NCBI GenBank assembly: GCA_964550355.1
Contig: CAZJZA010000001.1
Location: forward strand, 1 to 41,755
Source: an uncultured Halobacteriales archaeon
GTDB lineage: Archaea > Halobacteriota > Halobacteria > Halobacteriales > Halobacteriaceae
Direction: 5' to 3'
Length of the DNA stretch: 41,755 bases
Below are positions 20,429-30,577 of the stretch, piece by piece (within the stretch, counting starts at the first letter, position 1; the number at the start of each line of letters is the position of its first letter). The position numbers and the translations under genes are program-made. The notes below the pieces were generated by a model that saw nothing but the letters and a program-made list of their open reading frames with translations, was not told the DNA's origin and searched no databases.

Positions 20429-21556
20429 TTAGGCGTTCTCGGGATCGGTCGGGACGGAGATGTCCCCGGCGATGATCGATTCTCGGGCGGCGGCGATGTC
20501 GTCTTTGATCCCTTGGGGGATTTCCGAACCGAGCGTATTGCCGTAGACCGTGGCAACACCATCTTTGTCCAGGCCCAGCGCGGTGGTTCCGGTCTCGAAG
20601 TTGTCGTTGACGACTGCTTCGACTGAGGAGTACACGGCAGTGTCAACCCGCTTGACCATGCTCGCGAGGATCACGTCCGCGTAACTGTCCTTGGTAACCG
20701 ACTGGTCACGGTCAACGCCGATGGCGAATCTTCCTTCATCTTGGGCGGCCTGGAAGACCCCGGTCCCGGTGTTCCCGGAGGCATGATAGATCACGTCGCT
20801 CCCGTCCTCGTACATCGCGATGGCGGTTTCTTCGCCGGTCGATGGCGCGTTGAACGAACCCACGTAAGAGGACTGGACTTCGATTTCCGAATCGACAGAT
20901 TTCACGCCCGCGATGAATCCGGCTTCGAACTTTTTAATGAGTCCGCCCTCGATGCCGCCGACGAAGCCGACACTCTTCGCGTCGGGATTCGTGCTCCCGC
21001 CGCCAGCACTGAAGTCCCGCAGGGTTAGGAGGCCGGCAAGTTGACCGACCAGATATGACCCCTCGTGTTCGTTGAACACGTAGGAGGCCACGTTGTCCGC
21101 GTCGACCACGCTGTCGACGATCATGAATTTTTGGTCCGGATAATCCGTGGCCGTCTCTGAAAGTGCGTCCGCCTGAAGGTACCCGATCGTCGAGATGAGA
21201 TCGTACCCCGGATCAGTCGATTGTGCGAATTGGGTCTGGTAGTTGCTGAACTGGGAGACCTCCTCGGGCTGGGCCTCATCGTACGCAATTTCGAGTTCCT
21301 CTTCGGCCTGAATGATTCCCTGTTGGGCCTGGTCGTTGAACGACCCGTCACCGAGGCCACCTGTGGCGTAAACCATGCCGACGTTGACCTGGTCTTCTCC
21401 GTCGGCTTCCGCCTCTGTCGGGGCTTCTGCTTCCGTGGTTTGTTCACTCCCGTCGGTGTTCTCCTCGCCTCCCGAACACCCGGCCATCGCGGTCAGGGAA
21501 GTTGCGCCAATGCCACCGGCCACCTTGAGAAATGTTCGCCGATCGAAGGTACCCAT
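20429..21556 (-). CDS. BMP-family nucleoside-binding lipoprotein with Tat signal
   Basis: DRRTFLK twin-arginine motif, MAGC lipobox, GGLGDGSFN, AIGVDRDQ, ASMVKRVD. Confidence 0.92.
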   Translation of the reverse strand: MGTFDRRTFLKVAGGIGATSLTAMAGCSGGEENTDGSEQTTEAEAPTEAEADGEDQVNVGMVYATGGLGDGSFNDQAQQGIIQAEEELEIAYDEAQPEEVSQFSNYQTQFAQSTDPGYDLISTIGYLQADALSETATDYPDQKFMIVDSVVDADNVASYVFNEHEGSYLVGQLAGLLTLRDFSAGGGSTNPDAKSVGFVGGIEGGLIKKFEAGFIAGVKSVDSEIEVQSSYVGSFNAPSTGEETAIAMYEDGSDVIYHASGNTGTGVFQAAQDEGRFAIGVDRDQSVTKDSYADVILASMVKRVDTAVYSSVEAVVNDNFETGTTALGLDKDGVATVYGNTLGSEIPQGIKDDIAAARESIIAGDISVPTDPENA

Positions 21557-21638
21557 ATCTACACAGGGAACAGGGCTGTGAAATAAATGCGTCGAATAAC
21601 CATTCGGGATTGTCGAATCGGTTCGGACACTTTCCGAG

Positions 21639-23027
21639 TTACTCGATTGCGTCTTCGACGACCGACCGGACCGCCCCTACCAGATCTTCGACGGACTCGC
21701 TCTCGGCATAGAGTCGGACGTATGGCTCGGTTCCGCTCGGCCGGACGAGCGCCCATGATCCATCTTCGAAAGCCAACCGAACGCCGTATTCACTCGAGAC
21801 AGTCGCCTCCGGGAACGCCCCGGGAAGTTCGGACGCGAGCCGCGCCATGACCGGCTTTTTCTCGGCCTCTTCACATGGCACGCTCACTTTCCGGTATGGC
21901 CGCTCGGTGACCGGCTCCCCAAGTCGATCCAGGCCATCTGCTGTGGCGACGAGCACGGAGAGCAACCCGGCACTTGCAATCCCGTCGATCCACAGGCCGA
22001 GATCCGGGTGGATGTGCTTCCAGGGTTCAGCCGCGAACACGACCGTCCCGGCGTCAGATTTGACCGCGGCGATGCCTTCGTGAAGCGCGCCCAGTCGGAC
22101 TCGCTCGACCGCGCCACCGGCTGTATTTACTCGCTGGTCGATCCGCCCCGAGGCGTTCGGCGTCGTGGCGACGATCGGATCTTCGTCCTCTGCCGTGCGC
22201 ACGTAATACTCCGCCAGCATAGCCACGACCGTGTCCTCGTGGACGACTTCACCGTCTCCGTCGACCAGCACGATCCTGTCCGCGTCGCCGTCGTGGGCGA
22301 TCCCAAACTTCGAGCGGTGATCCGCAACGAACGAGCGGAATTCGGCAAGTGTCTCTGGGGTGGGTTTGCTCGGTCTTCCGGGGAAAAGTCCGTCGACAGT
22401 TCCGTTGACCGACACGACGTCGGCCCCCAGGCGGGAGAGTACCTGGGGCGTCCCGAAACTACCCATTCCGTTCCCACAGTCGACGGCGATCTCGATGCCG
22501 TCGAGTGGAGCATCGGGGTCGAGATCTCGACCCGGTCCGGCCGGATGTGTCTCGGGGACAGTTCGACCATCGAGGAATGCGACGATCGCCTCCCGATAGG
22601 ATTCAAGCACCGACTCCGACTCGGTTTCCCCCCACTGGTCCCAGGAAGCGGGCTCCGGGCCCCCTGCGATGCGGTCTGAAACCGCCAGTTCGGCCTCCCG
22701 GTCGAACTCCGAGCCATCCGCGAACAGCTTGATACCGTTATCTTCAGGCGGATTGTGTGAGGCCGTTACTTGAACCCCGTAGCGTCCCTGTGAGGCGAAG
22801 GCCAGCGCCGGTGTCGGCACCATTCCGACGTTGCGAACGCTCGCCCCAGCGCTTTCGAGCCCGGCCGTGAGCGCATCGCGGAGTGTCCCGCCGGTGACTC
22901 GACCATCCCGGCCAACCACAAATTCCATCCCGGGTTCGCCGACTGCTTGTCCCACCTGTAATGCGAGTTTCGGGGTCACCTCGTCCTCGGCCCGCCCCCG
23001 AATCCCCGCTGTTCCAAAGAGGTCCAT
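21639..23027 (-). CDS. Alpha-D-phosphohexomutase superfamily protein (PMM/PGM or phosphopentomutase)
   Basis: MDLFGTAGIRG, TASHNP phosphoserine loop, DGDADR metal loop, VRPSGTEP; start trimmed to 23027. Confidence 0.9.
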   Translation of the reverse strand: MDLFGTAGIRGRAEDEVTPKLALQVGQAVGEPGMEFVVGRDGRVTGGTLRDALTAGLESAGASVRNVGMVPTPALAFASQGRYGVQVTASHNPPEDNGIKLFADGSEFDREAELAVSDRIAGGPEPASWDQWGETESESVLESYREAIVAFLDGRTVPETHPAGPGRDLDPDAPLDGIEIAVDCGNGMGSFGTPQVLSRLGADVVSVNGTVDGLFPGRPSKPTPETLAEFRSFVADHRSKFGIAHDGDADRIVLVDGDGEVVHEDTVVAMLAEYYVRTAEDEDPIVATTPNASGRIDQRVNTAGGAVERVRLGALHEGIAAVKSDAGTVVFAAEPWKHIHPDLGLWIDGIASAGLLSVLVATADGLDRLGEPVTERPYRKVSVPCEEAEKKPVMARLASELPGAFPEATVSSEYGVRLAFEDGSWALVRPSGTEPYVRLYAESESVEDLVGAVRSVVEDAIE

Positions 23028-23157
23028 ACGAGCGAGTAGCCGTCGAAGGTAGTATATAGTGTCGAAAGTCAGCACGTTCCGATCCGCCCTTTGTGGTACT
23101 ACCCAGCACCAGGTGGGATTACCCACTTACAATTGGACACCAGGTGAGACTACCCAC

Positions 23158-23625
23158 TCACAACTGGGCGCCGTTCGGGAGAAGACTTTCGGACTCCTGC
23201 AGGGTCCCCGATTGGGTGTAAACGAGGAACGTGTCCATCTCGTAGGTCCGGATGGGAGTCCCTTCGGCAACGAACTGGATTCGGTATTTCGCTGGTCCAT
23301 CCACGGTGGCAGCCCGGCGTTTCGTCGCCGAGAGAAACTCGAAAACGTCTCTCGCGTCGACGTTACACTCACAGACGAAATCGCCAGTCAGTCGCTCGGA
23401 CACCGACAGGACACCGTCCGGGCGCTCCTCGAATGCGCCTTTGAGCCGGAGTGAAACGTCGATGTCGGTCTCAGATAGATGTGTGCCGTTGGCTCCTTCA
23501 AGTGCTGACCGAAGGTCGGATCCGGCCCCGTCATACCGGAGTCGAAGGGTCGGGAGCGGCGCAGTTTTCGCTCCCTGACCCGGCTCGACGTGACGCATGG
23601 CGACGGTGAACGCTTGCCGACGCAT
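23158..23625 (-). CDS. Conserved haloarchaeal hypothetical protein (DUF5793-like)
   Basis: MRRQAFTV...GVLSVSERLTGDFVCECN...TFLVY...SLLPNGAQL resembles a family commonly found divergent from pilB; recognised from memory only. Confidence 0.6.
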   Translation of the reverse strand: MRRQAFTVAMRHVEPGQGAKTAPLPTLRLRYDGAGSDLRSALEGANGTHLSETDIDVSLRLKGAFEERPDGVLSVSERLTGDFVCECNVDARDVFEFLSATKRRAATVDGPAKYRIQFVAEGTPIRTYEMDTFLVYTQSGTLQESESLLPNGAQL

Positions 23626-23724
23626 CACTGTTCGTTCGAGTTGCGGAAAAATGAACGTGACGGCGCGGGCGACGCGTGTGGGGGGATTTAAGCAGGGCGC
23701 CGCCATCAGTGGGAGTAGAGATCG

Positions 23725-25413
23725 ATGTCCGAGAATTCAGTCGGGGACGGGGACCTCCCCCCGACGTTTGACTCGCCGCTCGAGTCGATACGCTGGCGAC
23801 TCTCACGGATCGCCGAGGTCATTACCGGCTCAACCATCGATATGGAGCCATACGACCCAGCGAAACATGGCCCTCTCGCCGAATTTTCGGGACTCGAGGG
23901 CTACGAGGAGGTAGAGCGGTACTGGGTGAACGCTCCTTTCGCCTTCGTGACCATCGTTCACAATCCGGAGCAAAACGAGTACCGCTATCTCGTCGTCGAA
24001 CCCGACCTTACGGACTTCGAACACGAATTGCTCGATCAGGTGTTTACCGACAGTCGGGAATCCCTGATTTTTCGAGCCGAATACGACCCGACGGACGCGG
24101 AGGCGATCATCACCGAGCACCTGCTCGAACTCCTCGAACAATATGGCGTCGAGGTCGACGTTAACACCGTCTACCGCCTTTTTTACTACCTGTACCGGAC
24201 CTTCGTGGGCTTCGACAAACTCGACCCACTCATGCGGGACCCCCACATCGAGGACATCTCGTGTGACGGGTACGATCTCCCGATTTACGTCTATCACGAC
24301 GACTATACCGACATCCAGACCAACCGTTCGTTCGCCGAGGAGGAACTCGACGACTTCGTAATCAAGTTGGCCCAGGGATCGGGGCAGCACATTTCGATTG
24401 GTGACCCGGTAACCGATGCGACCCTCTCGGACGGGAGCCGGGGGGAACTCGCGCTCGGTCGGGAAGTCACGCCACGCGGATCCGCGTTTACGGTCCGCAA
24501 GTACGCAGAAGAGCCGTTTACCCCGGCAACGCTCGTGGATTACGACACCTTCAGCCTCGATCAGATGGCCTATCTCTGGCTTGCTATCGAGAGCAACAAA
24601 TCACTCATCTTCGCGGGAGGGACCGCCTCGGGGAAGACGACCTCGATGAACGCGGTCTCGATGTTCGTCCCGCCGAACGCGAAGGTGGTCACGATCGAGG
24701 ACACTCGCGAATTGACGCTCTATCACGACAACTGGCTCTCCTCGGTCACCCGGGAGAGTCTCGGGGAGGGCGAGGATATCTCGATGTACGATCTGCTTCG
24801 ATCCTCGCTGCGCCACCGGCCGGAGTACATCGTCGTCGGCGAGGTGCGGGGCCGTGAGGCGATGACGCTCTTTCAGGCGATGAACACCGGCCACACCACC
24901 TTCTCGACGATGCACGCTGACAGCGTTCAGACGGTGATCAACCGGCTCGAAAACGAGCCGATCAACGTCCCCCGGGCGATGATCCAGTCCCTCGATGTCC
25001 TTGCGGTACAGACGTTGACCTACGTCGGGGACGAACGGGTCCGTCGCACCCGGACGATTGCCGAGATCGAGGGCATCGACCAGCGGACCGGAGACCTCGA
25101 TTATTCGATGGCCTTCGAGTACGACCCGGAGACCGACTCCTTTGACCAATTCGACAGCATCGTGCTCGAGGAAATCAGGGAAGATCGGGGTTGGACCCGT
25201 TCAGAACTCTTACGCGAGTTTCGCGACCGGAAACGCGTACTCCAATACCTCCTCGAACACGACGTCCGCGATTACCGGCGGTTCACCGCGTTGATCAACG
25301 ATTACTACGCCGACAAAGACGCAGTCATTGCCCGCATCTCGGACCAATTAGTTAGAACGGTCGGGGGCCCGGACGTGGCCGACCAGCCCCCTGATAACGA
25401 ACCAGCTGGGTGA
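23725..25413 (+). CDS. pilB: Type IV pilus/type II secretion assembly ATPase (PilB/ArlI family)
   Basis: YWVNAPFAF, DPHIEDISCDG, Walker A GGTASGKTT, IEDTREL, LRHRPEYIVVGEVRG, TGH...STMHA. Confidence 0.9.
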   Translation: MSENSVGDGDLPPTFDSPLESIRWRLSRIAEVITGSTIDMEPYDPAKHGPLAEFSGLEGYEEVERYWVNAPFAFVTIVHNPEQNEYRYLVVEPDLTDFEHELLDQVFTDSRESLIFRAEYDPTDAEAIITEHLLELLEQYGVEVDVNTVYRLFYYLYRTFVGFDKLDPLMRDPHIEDISCDGYDLPIYVYHDDYTDIQTNRSFAEEELDDFVIKLAQGSGQHISIGDPVTDATLSDGSRGELALGREVTPRGSAFTVRKYAEEPFTPATLVDYDTFSLDQMAYLWLAIESNKSLIFAGGTASGKTTSMNAVSMFVPPNAKVVTIEDTRELTLYHDNWLSSVTRESLGEGEDISMYDLLRSSLRHRPEYIVVGEVRGREAMTLFQAMNTGHTTFSTMHADSVQTVINRLENEPINVPRAMIQSLDVLAVQTLTYVGDERVRRTRTIAEIEGIDQRTGDLDYSMAFEYDPETDSFDQFDSIVLEEIREDRGWTRSELLREFRDRKRVLQYLLEHDVRDYRRFTALINDYYADKDAVIARISDQLVRTVGGPDVADQPPDNEPAG

Positions 25414-27494
25414 TCTCGGTGCTCGAATTCCTCCCACTCGGGCTGATCGGCCTTCTCCTCGCGTTGACCGGTCTTGCCGCGATTTCGCGTCGAGCCAATC
25501 GATTTGTCACGAGGATCGCCCTCGCCATTTTCGGAACGTTCGTCGCCGACCGCCGATCGGTCAACGTTCGCCAGGTCGAAACGCTCTCGGGAGCACACCG
25601 GATCGATACCTACCGTGTGTACGCGGCAAAGACGTTCCTTTATGCAACGATCGCTGCGCTGGCCGGCAGCGTCGCGGGGGTGTACGTCTTTCTCGCCTCG
25701 AGGCAGGCACTGGTCGCGGCCGGGATACCCGAGCAGATCCCGTGGCTGTTGGGGTTTCTCCGGAACGAACCCGCGGAAATGGGGATTGTGGGACTATTCG
25801 TGCTGCTTCTTTTGAGCAGCGCCACCCTCGGTGCCGTGGGCGCCTATGGGACCTACCAGATCCGCTGGTACCTTCCGAGATACGTCGCGGGAGAGCGCGC
25901 GCGTCGCATCGACTCGACGCTCAAGCGAAACGTCGCCTTCCTGTTTGCTCTCTCCCGGAGCGGCATGCCGTTTTCCAAGATATTGGGGACACTTGCCGCC
26001 CACACCGCCGTTTACGGCGAGACTGCTCGCGAGTTTCGGGTGACGATGAAGGATATCGATCTCCTCGGGGCGGATCTCGTCACGGGTATCGAGCGGACGA
26101 GCGATCGGACACCCAACGACAAACTCGAGGAGTTCACGGAAAACCTCGCGAGTGTCCTCCGCAGTGGGGGGTCGCTAACTGGTTTCTTGAATGATCAGTA
26201 CGAGTACTTCCTCGATGAGGAAAGTGCCCAGCAAGAACGATTCATCGAGTTGCTGGGCGCACTCGCGGAAGCGTACGTGACGGTCTTCATCGCGGGAATG
26301 CTTTTTCTCATCACGATTCTGGTGGTCGTTGGATTGCTTCTCGGTGGGACCCTGGCATTCTTGCAGGTGCTCGTCTATCTCGTCCTCGGCCTGGCAAATC
26401 TTGGTTTCATCATCTATCTCGATACGATCACGGAGGACATCGTCGAGCCGGACGAGGAGATGGTCGAGGAGTCGGCAGTCGATCAATTTCCGGATCTGTC
26501 GGTTAGTCGAACGAGCGACCCGGAAGCGGGTTCGCAAGCGTCCCAACGGAAAAACACCTATCGCCTCGCCATTGCGAGGCGGCTCGTCCCGCTTCGCCAG
26601 GCGTTCACGAACCCGGGACGCCTGTTGACCGAACGCCCGAGCGCAATTCTGGCAGTCACTGTTCCCCTCGGATTAGTCTATCTGGTTGCTGCCTGGATGC
26701 CGTCGCTTGTGACGGGTGCCATCGAACCGGCAGCCCTCGATGACGCGTTGATTCAGGTCACGCTCTTTATCACCGGCACGTACGCAATCACGTACGAATC
26801 CGGCCACCGGCGCATCAAACGGATCGAGGCGGCAATTCCGAACTTCCTCGAACGACTCGCCGCGACGAACGAGGCGGGCATGTCGATGGTCGAGAGTTTC
26901 GGTCGGGTGGCTCGATCCGATATTGGTGCACTTACCACCGAGATGCGTCGAACCTGGACGGACATTCAGTTGGGTGCCCATATGGAGACGGCTCTTCGAC
27001 GGTTCGAACACCGCGTCCGGACCCCGGCGATTACCCGCGTAACCACGCTCACGACGAACGCGATGGGAGCAACGAACGACATCGGGCCGGTGTTGCGGAT
27101 TGCCGCAGACGAGGCCAAGTCGGCCCGCCGGCTGGAGCGGGACCGCCGGAACGAGCTTTTGACCTACGTGGTCGTCATTTACGTCGCCTTCTTCGTGTTT
27201 CTCGGGATCGTTTTAGCGCTGGATCAGGTCTTCATCCCGAGCATCCCGACGAACGTGGACGTTGGGGGCGGAACGGCCCCGGGAACCGGTCTCGGCTTTG
27301 GCGGCAGTCTGGGGGACCTGACCGAGGCCAAAAAGGAGGCCTACGGCCTGATATTTTTCCACGCCGGTATCATTCAGGGTTACATCTCGGGCTTTGTCGC
27401 GGGGCAGATGAGTGATGGCCGACTTGCCAGCGGGGCCAAACACGCGACTGCCATGTTGGCAATCGCCTACGCATTTTTCCTCATATTCGGATGA
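25410..27494 (+). CDS. pilC: Type IV pilus inner-membrane platform protein (PilC/TadC, T2SSF domains)
   Basis: Multi-TM protein with two T2SSF-like segments (LSRSGMP, TNEAGMS) and C-terminal SGFVAGQMS...SGAKHA; overlaps pilB. Confidence 0.88.
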   Translation: MISVLEFLPLGLIGLLLALTGLAAISRRANRFVTRIALAIFGTFVADRRSVNVRQVETLSGAHRIDTYRVYAAKTFLYATIAALAGSVAGVYVFLASRQALVAAGIPEQIPWLLGFLRNEPAEMGIVGLFVLLLLSSATLGAVGAYGTYQIRWYLPRYVAGERARRIDSTLKRNVAFLFALSRSGMPFSKILGTLAAHTAVYGETAREFRVTMKDIDLLGADLVTGIERTSDRTPNDKLEEFTENLASVLRSGGSLTGFLNDQYEYFLDEESAQQERFIELLGALAEAYVTVFIAGMLFLITILVVVGLLLGGTLAFLQVLVYLVLGLANLGFIIYLDTITEDIVEPDEEMVEESAVDQFPDLSVSRTSDPEAGSQASQRKNTYRLAIARRLVPLRQAFTNPGRLLTERPSAILAVTVPLGLVYLVAAWMPSLVTGAIEPAALDDALIQVTLFITGTYAITYESGHRRIKRIEAAIPNFLERLAATNEAGMSMVESFGRVARSDIGALTTEMRRTWTDIQLGAHMETALRRFEHRVRTPAITRVTTLTTNAMGATNDIGPVLRIAADEAKSARRLERDRRNELLTYVVVIYVAFFVFLGIVLALDQVFIPSIPTNVDVGGGTAPGTGLGFGGSLGDLTEAKKEAYGLIFFHAGIIQGYISGFVAGQMSDGRLASGAKHATAMLAIAYAFFLIFG

Positions 27495-28135
27495 CGGAAA
27501 ACGAGTCGGATGGCCCACCAATTCGGTCGGTCTACGACCGGATCGGAGCGCACTTTTCCAAAACCCGTCGCTATCCCTGGACGGACGCCACCGACTTTCT
27601 CGATACCGTCGAGGGTTCTGTTGGTGTCGATATCGGGTGTGGCAATGGACGGCACACTGAGGCGTTGGCGACGCAAGTCAGTCGACCGGTCGGCATCGAC
27701 CTGAGCCGGACGCTGCTCGAAGCGGCCACGGATCGGGCCGCAGAGTCTGGTTTTCAGGCGTCGTTCCTCCAGGGGACGGCTACCTCGCTCCCGCTTTCCA
27801 ATTCGACTGTCGATGTCGGGCTCTATATTGCGGCGATCCATCACCTGCGAACCCGGTCTGCCAGGATCGAGAGCCTCGACGAACTCGCTCGCGTGCTCTC
27901 CTCCGATGGGATCGCGCTTCTCAGCACCTGGTGTACGGCTCACGAGAAGTTCGACCGGGCGACCGGGTTCGATACGACTATCGACTGGACGCTCCCGGAC
28001 GGGGAGACGGTGGCCCGATTCTACCATATTTACGATTACGAGGAGTTCCTTGCGGACATCGAGGCAAGCGATCTCGAGTGTCAGGAGTCCTGGATTTCCG
28101 AGGGGAATTGTTACGCCCGCCTGGAGCCGAGATGA
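27491..28135 (+). CDS. Class I SAM-dependent methyltransferase (Trm9/ALKBH8-like motifs)
   Basis: VYDRIGAHFSKTRRYPW, DIGCGNGRH, IAAIHHL, RFYHIY. Confidence 0.85.
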   Translation: MTENESDGPPIRSVYDRIGAHFSKTRRYPWTDATDFLDTVEGSVGVDIGCGNGRHTEALATQVSRPVGIDLSRTLLEAATDRAAESGFQASFLQGTATSLPLSNSTVDVGLYIAAIHHLRTRSARIESLDELARVLSSDGIALLSTWCTAHEKFDRATGFDTTIDWTLPDGETVARFYHIYDYEEFLADIEASDLECQESWISEGNCYARLEPR

Positions 28136-28171
28136 AACGTTCTTATTCGGGGGCCTCATAGCCCCGGTCGA

Positions 28172-28242
28172 GCGCCGGTGGTCTAGCGGTAGGACCTGAG
28201 CCTTCCAAGCTCATGGCCCGGGTTCGAATCCCGGCCGGCGCA
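28172..28242 (+). tRNA. tRNA-Gly(TCC)
   Basis: GCGCCGG acceptor, anticodon arm TGAGC-CT TCC AA-GCTCA, GGTTCGAATCCC, CCGGCGC-A, followed by a T5 tract at 28246-28250. Confidence 0.96.
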
Positions 28243-28288
28243 CTGTTTTTACCCGTAAATCTATGTGTCTGTTCCACATAGCCATCGT

Positions 28289-28807
28289 ATGGGCAAGACT
28301 GACACCATCAGAGATCGGCGCGTCGACGTCTACGTCGACTCGATCGATCGGAAGAAACGCTGGGCAGACCACGCCGAGGAAGCGGGGGAGTCACTCTCCA
28401 AGTTCGTTCAGCAGTGTGTCGAATACGCCATCAAGCAGGGTGGGCCAGATTTCACCGAACTGGGCGAGGACAGCAAACAGATTCAAGAACTCGAAGCGGA
28501 AGTGAAGGAGCTCCAGAAGGACGTCAAACAAAAGGAGATCGTCATCGAGAAACTCGAATCCGAGTTGAAACAACTTCGGTCGCAACCGTTTCTGGAAGAA
28601 GAGTTCGAGGGCCGACGCAAATACGATCAAGAGCTCATCGAAGAACTTCAGCGTGCGGATCGAATTGACGGTGACGAACTGCTTCGGCGGCTGGATGTCG
28701 ATCCGAGCGAGACGGAACTCGTCAAGGGTATCGATACGCAACTGCAGCAACTCGAAGACTACGGCCTCGTCAGAAGTACCCCGAAGGGATGGGTGTGGGA
28801 GGGATGA
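28289..28807 (+). CDS. Integrase-associated protein (N-terminal ribbon-helix-helix-like segment, coiled coil, C-terminal winged-helix-like tail)
   Basis: RVDVYV...KKRWADHAEEAGESLSKFVQQCVE, heptad coiled coil, LQQLEDYGLVRSTPKGWVW; ATGA overlap with the integrase. Confidence 0.7.
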   Translation: MGKTDTIRDRRVDVYVDSIDRKKRWADHAEEAGESLSKFVQQCVEYAIKQGGPDFTELGEDSKQIQELEAEVKELQKDVKQKEIVIEKLESELKQLRSQPFLEEEFEGRRKYDQELIEELQRADRIDGDELLRRLDVDPSETELVKGIDTQLQQLEDYGLVRSTPKGWVWEG

Positions 28808-29769
28808 GCGAAGCAACCTCAGTGCGCAGTGATTCGAAATCGGACGCTGACTTGCTTGACGAGTTCCTTCTTGATGCTGAAGTCCAGGGCCTCACAGACA
28901 AAACCCGCGTGACCTACCGATCGGATCTGGAATACTTCATCGAGTGGCTCGACAGTGATCTGATCGACGTGGATCGTCACGACCTCAAGGGCTTTCTCGC
29001 CCATCTCAAGAACGAGCGAACGGCTCGGGACGGGACGACTGGCCTCGCGCCCAGCACGCTCAATACCTATTTCTCCGCGCTGAATTCCTGTTTCAAATAT
29101 CTCGAGTGGGAGGGATACATCGAGGAGAATCCGGTGCCGGCGTTTCGTGACCGGTATATGGACAACAAACGGCCATCGACGAATTCCAAACGGCAGCTCA
29201 TCAGCGTCGAAGAGATGTCTTCCCTCGTGCATTCGATTCTTGATCCTCGGGATCGGGCCCTCGTGTTGACGTTAGCGAAAACCGGCATTCGTCGCGGCGA
29301 ACTGGTGACGATCGACGTGGATGACATCGATTGGGATGAGCAATCAATCAAGCTGAAAGACAAGCCCAAGCGGAGCAATCGGCTCGTCTTCTTCGATGGG
29401 GAGTGTGCCCAGGCACTCCGGCGATGGATGGACGCGCGGTCCAATGATGACGATATCGAAACTGACGCGTTATTTACGAATCAACACGGGACCCGTCTCC
29501 AGCGGAACAGCATTTATCGAGCGGTAACGAAACACGCTGAGAAGGTCGGGCTACACGATCCAGACGCGGATGATTTGCAGAAGAGATTTACCCCACATTG
29601 CTTCCGGCACTGGTTCACGACTCACCTTCGCAAATCCGGAATGAAGCGTGAATTCATCAAAGAACTTCGGGGGGATACCCGCGGGGATGCGATCGATATC
29701 TATGACCACATTGATCGGGTGGAACTGCGACAAGCCTATCTTGCCCATATTCCAACACTTGGCGTGTAG
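28804..29769 (+). CDS. Tyrosine recombinase/integrase (XerC/D-like)
   Basis: KTGIRRGEL (Arg), TPHCFRH (H-x-x-R), ELRGD in place of LGH, IDIYDH (catalytic Tyr); N-terminal core-binding helices. Confidence 0.93.
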   Translation: MSEATSVRSDSKSDADLLDEFLLDAEVQGLTDKTRVTYRSDLEYFIEWLDSDLIDVDRHDLKGFLAHLKNERTARDGTTGLAPSTLNTYFSALNSCFKYLEWEGYIEENPVPAFRDRYMDNKRPSTNSKRQLISVEEMSSLVHSILDPRDRALVLTLAKTGIRRGELVTIDVDDIDWDEQSIKLKDKPKRSNRLVFFDGECAQALRRWMDARSNDDDIETDALFTNQHGTRLQRNSIYRAVTKHAEKVGLHDPDADDLQKRFTPHCFRHWFTTHLRKSGMKREFIKELRGDTRGDAIDIYDHIDRVELRQAYLAHIPTLGV

Positions 29770-29917
29770 GTAAGTCAGCTGTTCGTTTTGCGGACTGTAA
29801 GAGCACAAAAGCGATTCCAGCCCAGTTGATTATTTCGGGGATGAATCGAGCCACAGCACGATTCGCTAACTGATTTGCTTGGACAACAAACCGAAGCAAT
29901 CGTCTGGATTTGATTCA

Positions 29918-30577
29918 TCAAATCCAAACTTCTCTGGAGTAAAGTTCATTGAAGATCTGGGCCTCTGCCTTTTGTAAGTGAACCGAAACATTTGACGTGG
30001 AGCATCCAACTATTTCCGCGATATCCTCGTGGGTAGTTTCTTTTGGATACTTATAGTATCCCTCCCTAAGTGCAACCTTGAATACTTCTTCTTGCGACTT
30101 CGTTAATAGGTAGGATATATCGTATTTATGTGTCGGTTTTGATACGACTTGTAAAATCTCCAAGTTCAATTCCGGTGGGTGCATGTCGATTGCATTGCTT
30201 ATAGCTTCTTCAGAACCCACAATTCGATATCGGATATCGGCCTCTCGAATAATAATTGGGAGTACTATGACGATCTCATTAAAAAGAAGCGAAAAAATTC
30301 TCTTGCCCAAACTTCCTGCGAGATTTATCTCTAGTCGAGCAAAAAATTTTTCTCTGGCTAATTCTTCTACATCAACAGATTTGATGCAAGTTAAGGACGT
30401 TAGTTGTTTTTCAAAATCATTGCTTCCATTAACTTGACAAAGTAAAACGGAGTCGTCTCCAAGATGATTTTGTGCATATACTACTAACTCATTGATACAT
30501 TCGGATTGCTGAATTGTCCTAAGAGGTTCCGATTCCCAATTTTCGAATGGTGTTAATAGCAGTGAGACTTGTTGCAT
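29918..30577 (-). CDS. HTH-10 (bacterio-opsin activator/DmsR-type) transcriptional regulator
   Basis: C-terminal LTKSQEEVFKVALREGYYKYPKETTHEDIAEIVGCSTSNVSVHLQKAE matches the haloarchaeal HTH_10 pattern; very AT-rich. Confidence 0.85.
   Translation of the reverse strand: MQQVSLLLTPFENWESEPLRTIQQSECINELVVYAQNHLGDDSVLLCQVNGSNDFEKQLTSLTCIKSVDVEELAREKFFARLEINLAGSLGKRIFSLLFNEIVIVLPIIIREADIRYRIVGSEEAISNAIDMHPPELNLEILQVVSKPTHKYDISYLLTKSQEEVFKVALREGYYKYPKETTHEDIAEIVGCSTSNVSVHLQKAEAQIFNELYSREVWI

Noticed and set aside
29770-29917. Possible decayed IS6-like transposase fragment (reads MNRATARFAN*F on the + strand)
   Set aside because: The resemblance is only a few residues, with no terminal inverted repeats; unsupported without a search.
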